From positions 1-50,468 of the forward strand of contig CAXUNW010000001.1 in assembly GCA_964252505.1 (NCBI GenBank): a DNA stretch of 50,468 bases, given 5' to 3'. Origin of the DNA: an uncultured Acidobacteriaceae bacterium. GTDB taxonomy: Bacteria; Acidobacteriota; Terriglobia; Terriglobales; Acidobacteriaceae. The translations under genes and the position numbers were made by a program. The notes beneath the pieces are model-generated. The model was not told the DNA's origin. It did not search any database and saw only the letters and a program-made list of their open reading frames with translations. Shown one piece after another: positions 48,720-50,468 of this stretch (the stretch's first letter is position 1; every line of letters begins with the position of its first letter).

Positions 48720-49916
48720 ATGAGTACAAACACGGTGTCGTACCTTTGGCGTGAGCCGGCAGCGGCGGACGGATTCGCGGCAGGGGTGTCGCTGCACAGC
48801 CACACGAGCCAGTCGCGTGAGACGCTGGACTTCATCGCCGAGCTCTCAACGGACTGGACCGTTTTACAGCCGGTGATGCGGTGGCTGGAGAGGCGCTGTG
48901 AGCGCTTCTCGGGGATTCGGCCGGACTATGGCCGCAGCTTCTGGACGCCGCCGCTGACGCCGAAGCTGGCGTTCGACCTGGAGCGGGGCCAGATCGAGCG
49001 GAAGCTGAACCTGCCGGGGCTGGTGAGCCTGACCGACCATGACGACATCTCGGCGCCGATGCTGCTGCGAGCGGTTCCAAGCGCGCGGCATATCCCGGTT
49101 TCGGTCGAGTGGACGGTACCCTACGGTAATGCGCGGGACGGTGAGACTTGCTTCCACCTGGGGCTGCACAACCTGCCGAGCGCGCTGGGCGCGGAATGGA
49201 TGGAGCGGCTGCGGACGTTTACGGCGATGCCTCTGGCGGCGCGACCGGCGCGGCTGCTGGGCGAGCTGCTGGCGGAGCTGGATGCGATGCCCAACGTTCT
49301 GGTGGTGTTCAACCATCCGCTGTGGGATCTTTACCGGATCGGGGCGGCGCGGCACCAGTTCCTGGTCAACGATTTTCTGGCGGTGCACGGGCAGCATTGC
49401 CATGCACTGGAGTTGAACGGGCTCCGGAACTGGGACGAAAACCGGGAGGTTTCGGCGCTGGCGGGGCGGTGGAACCAGCTTGTGCTGAGCGGCGGGGACC
49501 GGCACGGGATCGAGCCGAACGCGAACGTAAACCTGACGCGGGCGCTGTGCTTCAACGACTTCGTGCAGGAGGTTCGTGTAGGGCGGGAGAGCCATGTGCT
49601 GTTCATGCCACAGTACGCGGAGCCGTGGAAGCACCGGATTCTGCAGTCGACGCTGGACGCTGTGCGGAACCATCCGGATTTTCCGGAAGGATCACGGACG
49701 TGGGACGAGCGGGTGTTCCATCCGGATGCGGATGGCACGCTGCAGCGCCTGGCGAGCCTTTGGCCGGAGGGGCATGCGCCGCGCTACCTGAGCCTTCTGC
49801 TGACCGGGGTGCGTTTGCTGGGGGCACGGCCGGTGTCGGAGACGCTGCGCAGGGCGTGGGACGACCGGCAGAGCGGTGGCCGCGTAGAGACCGGGCTGGC
49901 AGCCCGGGAGGCCTGA
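48720..49916 (+). CDS. PHP-domain (polymerase/histidinol phosphatase-like) metallohydrolase
   Basis: SLHSHT (HxH), LTDHD, FHLG, FNHP, ELNG, GGDRHG. Start reset to the ATG at 48720. Confidence 0.75.
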   Translation: MSTNTVSYLWREPAAADGFAAGVSLHSHTSQSRETLDFIAELSTDWTVLQPVMRWLERRCERFSGIRPDYGRSFWTPPLTPKLAFDLERGQIERKLNLPGLVSLTDHDDISAPMLLRAVPSARHIPVSVEWTVPYGNARDGETCFHLGLHNLPSALGAEWMERLRTFTAMPLAARPARLLGELLAELDAMPNVLVVFNHPLWDLYRIGAARHQFLVNDFLAVHGQHCHALELNGLRNWDENREVSALAGRWNQLVLSGGDRHGIEPNANVNLTRALCFNDFVQEVRVGRESHVLFMPQYAEPWKHRILQSTLDAVRNHPDFPEGSRTWDERVFHPDADGTLQRLASLWPEGHAPRYLSLLLTGVRLLGARPVSETLRRAWDDRQSGGRVETGLAAREA

Positions 49917-49929
49917 CGGCAGGGTTTCC

Positions 49930-50200
49930 GGGGGGGTGCCCCCCCTACTCTTCGCGCCTAAACACCGTGGAATGAACAAGTTACCTCTACATGCCCGCTG
50001 CAAGTTCCTCAAAGCAAAGAAGTTATGGCTAAAATTGTCATTTAAAAGGGGTTAGCGTTTCCTCCTAGGAGGGGAGCCCCGGCTTTTCTTGATACCTTTT
50101 CATTATAGGGGGTTGGGCATAACTGCTACGCCAACTCTATCTGGTTTGCTTTGTTGGCGTTAGACGGGTTTGCGGCTTGACAGGCGGATTTACCTTGTAA
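49930..50200. repeat. structured, AT-richer intergenic element with three 27-nt related boxes and several palindromes
   Basis: G7-TG-C7 at 49930-49945; boxes at 49958-49984, 50000-50026 and 50029-50055; CCTCCTAGGAGG palindrome at 50061-50072; ACGCCAAC/GTTGGCGT stem at 50128-50160. Confidence 0.45.
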
Positions 50201-50279
50201 ATGGCCGAAAATATTTTAGCCGCCGGCTTGCATCCCTTGATCTTCGGCTTCGCGCCTTTCCGCAAAGGCTCCGGCCAAG

Positions 50280-50468
50280 TCAGGTTTGTATCGCGGCTTT
50301 GGCGGTTGAGGTTTTGGCTTTCGATTTGGGCTTGAGGTTGAGGGTGATAGCGGCGCGGATGAGATCTGTGAGGGCTTCCTGGTTGATGGGTTCGCCTTCA
50401 TGGACGTCGATGGCGCGGCGGACGTTGCCGTCGAGGCTGGAGTTGAAGAGGCCGGCGGGGTCGGGGAG
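50280..50468 (-). CDS. DUF1801 (YdhG-like) protein, C-terminal part; truncated by the window edge
   Basis: Minus frame reads LPDPAGLFNSSLDGNVRRAIDVHEGEPINQEALTDLIRAAITLNLKPKSKAKTSTAKAAIQT*; not in the supplied ORF list. Confidence 0.8.
   Translation of the reverse strand, partial: LPDPAGLFNSSLDGNVRRAIDVHEGEPINQEALTDLIRAAITLNLKPKSKAKTSTAKAAIQT

Noticed and set aside
49958-50055. Possible CRISPR mini-array
   Set aside because: The boxes are too divergent, the spacers are 15 and 2 nt, and there are no cas genes.
50216-50401. 61-aa minus-strand ORF from the ORF track
   Set aside because: Wrong frame; the DUF1801-like frame ends at 50280.

Overview
Chromosomal segment of a GC-rich bacterium, very likely Acidobacteriaceae (Terriglobia), judged from the Oar-like TonB receptor, the 'acido-empty' quinoprotein with its cytochrome c, and the Acidobacteria-type imuA-imuB-dnaE2 cassette. 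No rRNA, tRNA, CRISPR array or transposase was recognised. Layout: (i) 1-10.1 kb, a 'rhizo-twelve'-type oligosaccharide cassette with a GT9-like gene, a HAD hydrolase, three CgeB-like GTs, a GT4, a B12/radical SAM enzyme, two NDP-sugar epimerases and a clan GH-A hydrolase that appears circularly permuted. (ii) 10.5-18.2 kb, a divergent operon (FAD oxidoreductase, GT-C membrane protein, MFP, TolC, GH43); both operons carry the same ECF-type promoter motif. (iii) 18-29 kb, a 7-repeat lectin-like protein, a secreted hypothetical, an orphan ABC ATPase, a metallophosphoesterase, a TonB receptor and a GH2. (iv) kaiC-like ATPase plus a pseudo-receiver histidine kinase. (v) A ThuA / Gfo-Idh-MocA / TIM-barrel / triheme cytochrome / quinoprotein gene run suggesting oxidative (keto-sugar) glycoside catabolism. 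(vi) An SOS mutagenesis cassette with a LexA-like box. (vii) A sugar isomerase, a catalytically degenerate GH13, a divergent GT4 + PHP-domain pair with a Pho box (candidate phosphate-starvation lipid remodelling module), a structured intergenic repeat and a partial DUF1801 gene. All family assignments come from motif recognition by eye and from memory of the families; no database search was run.
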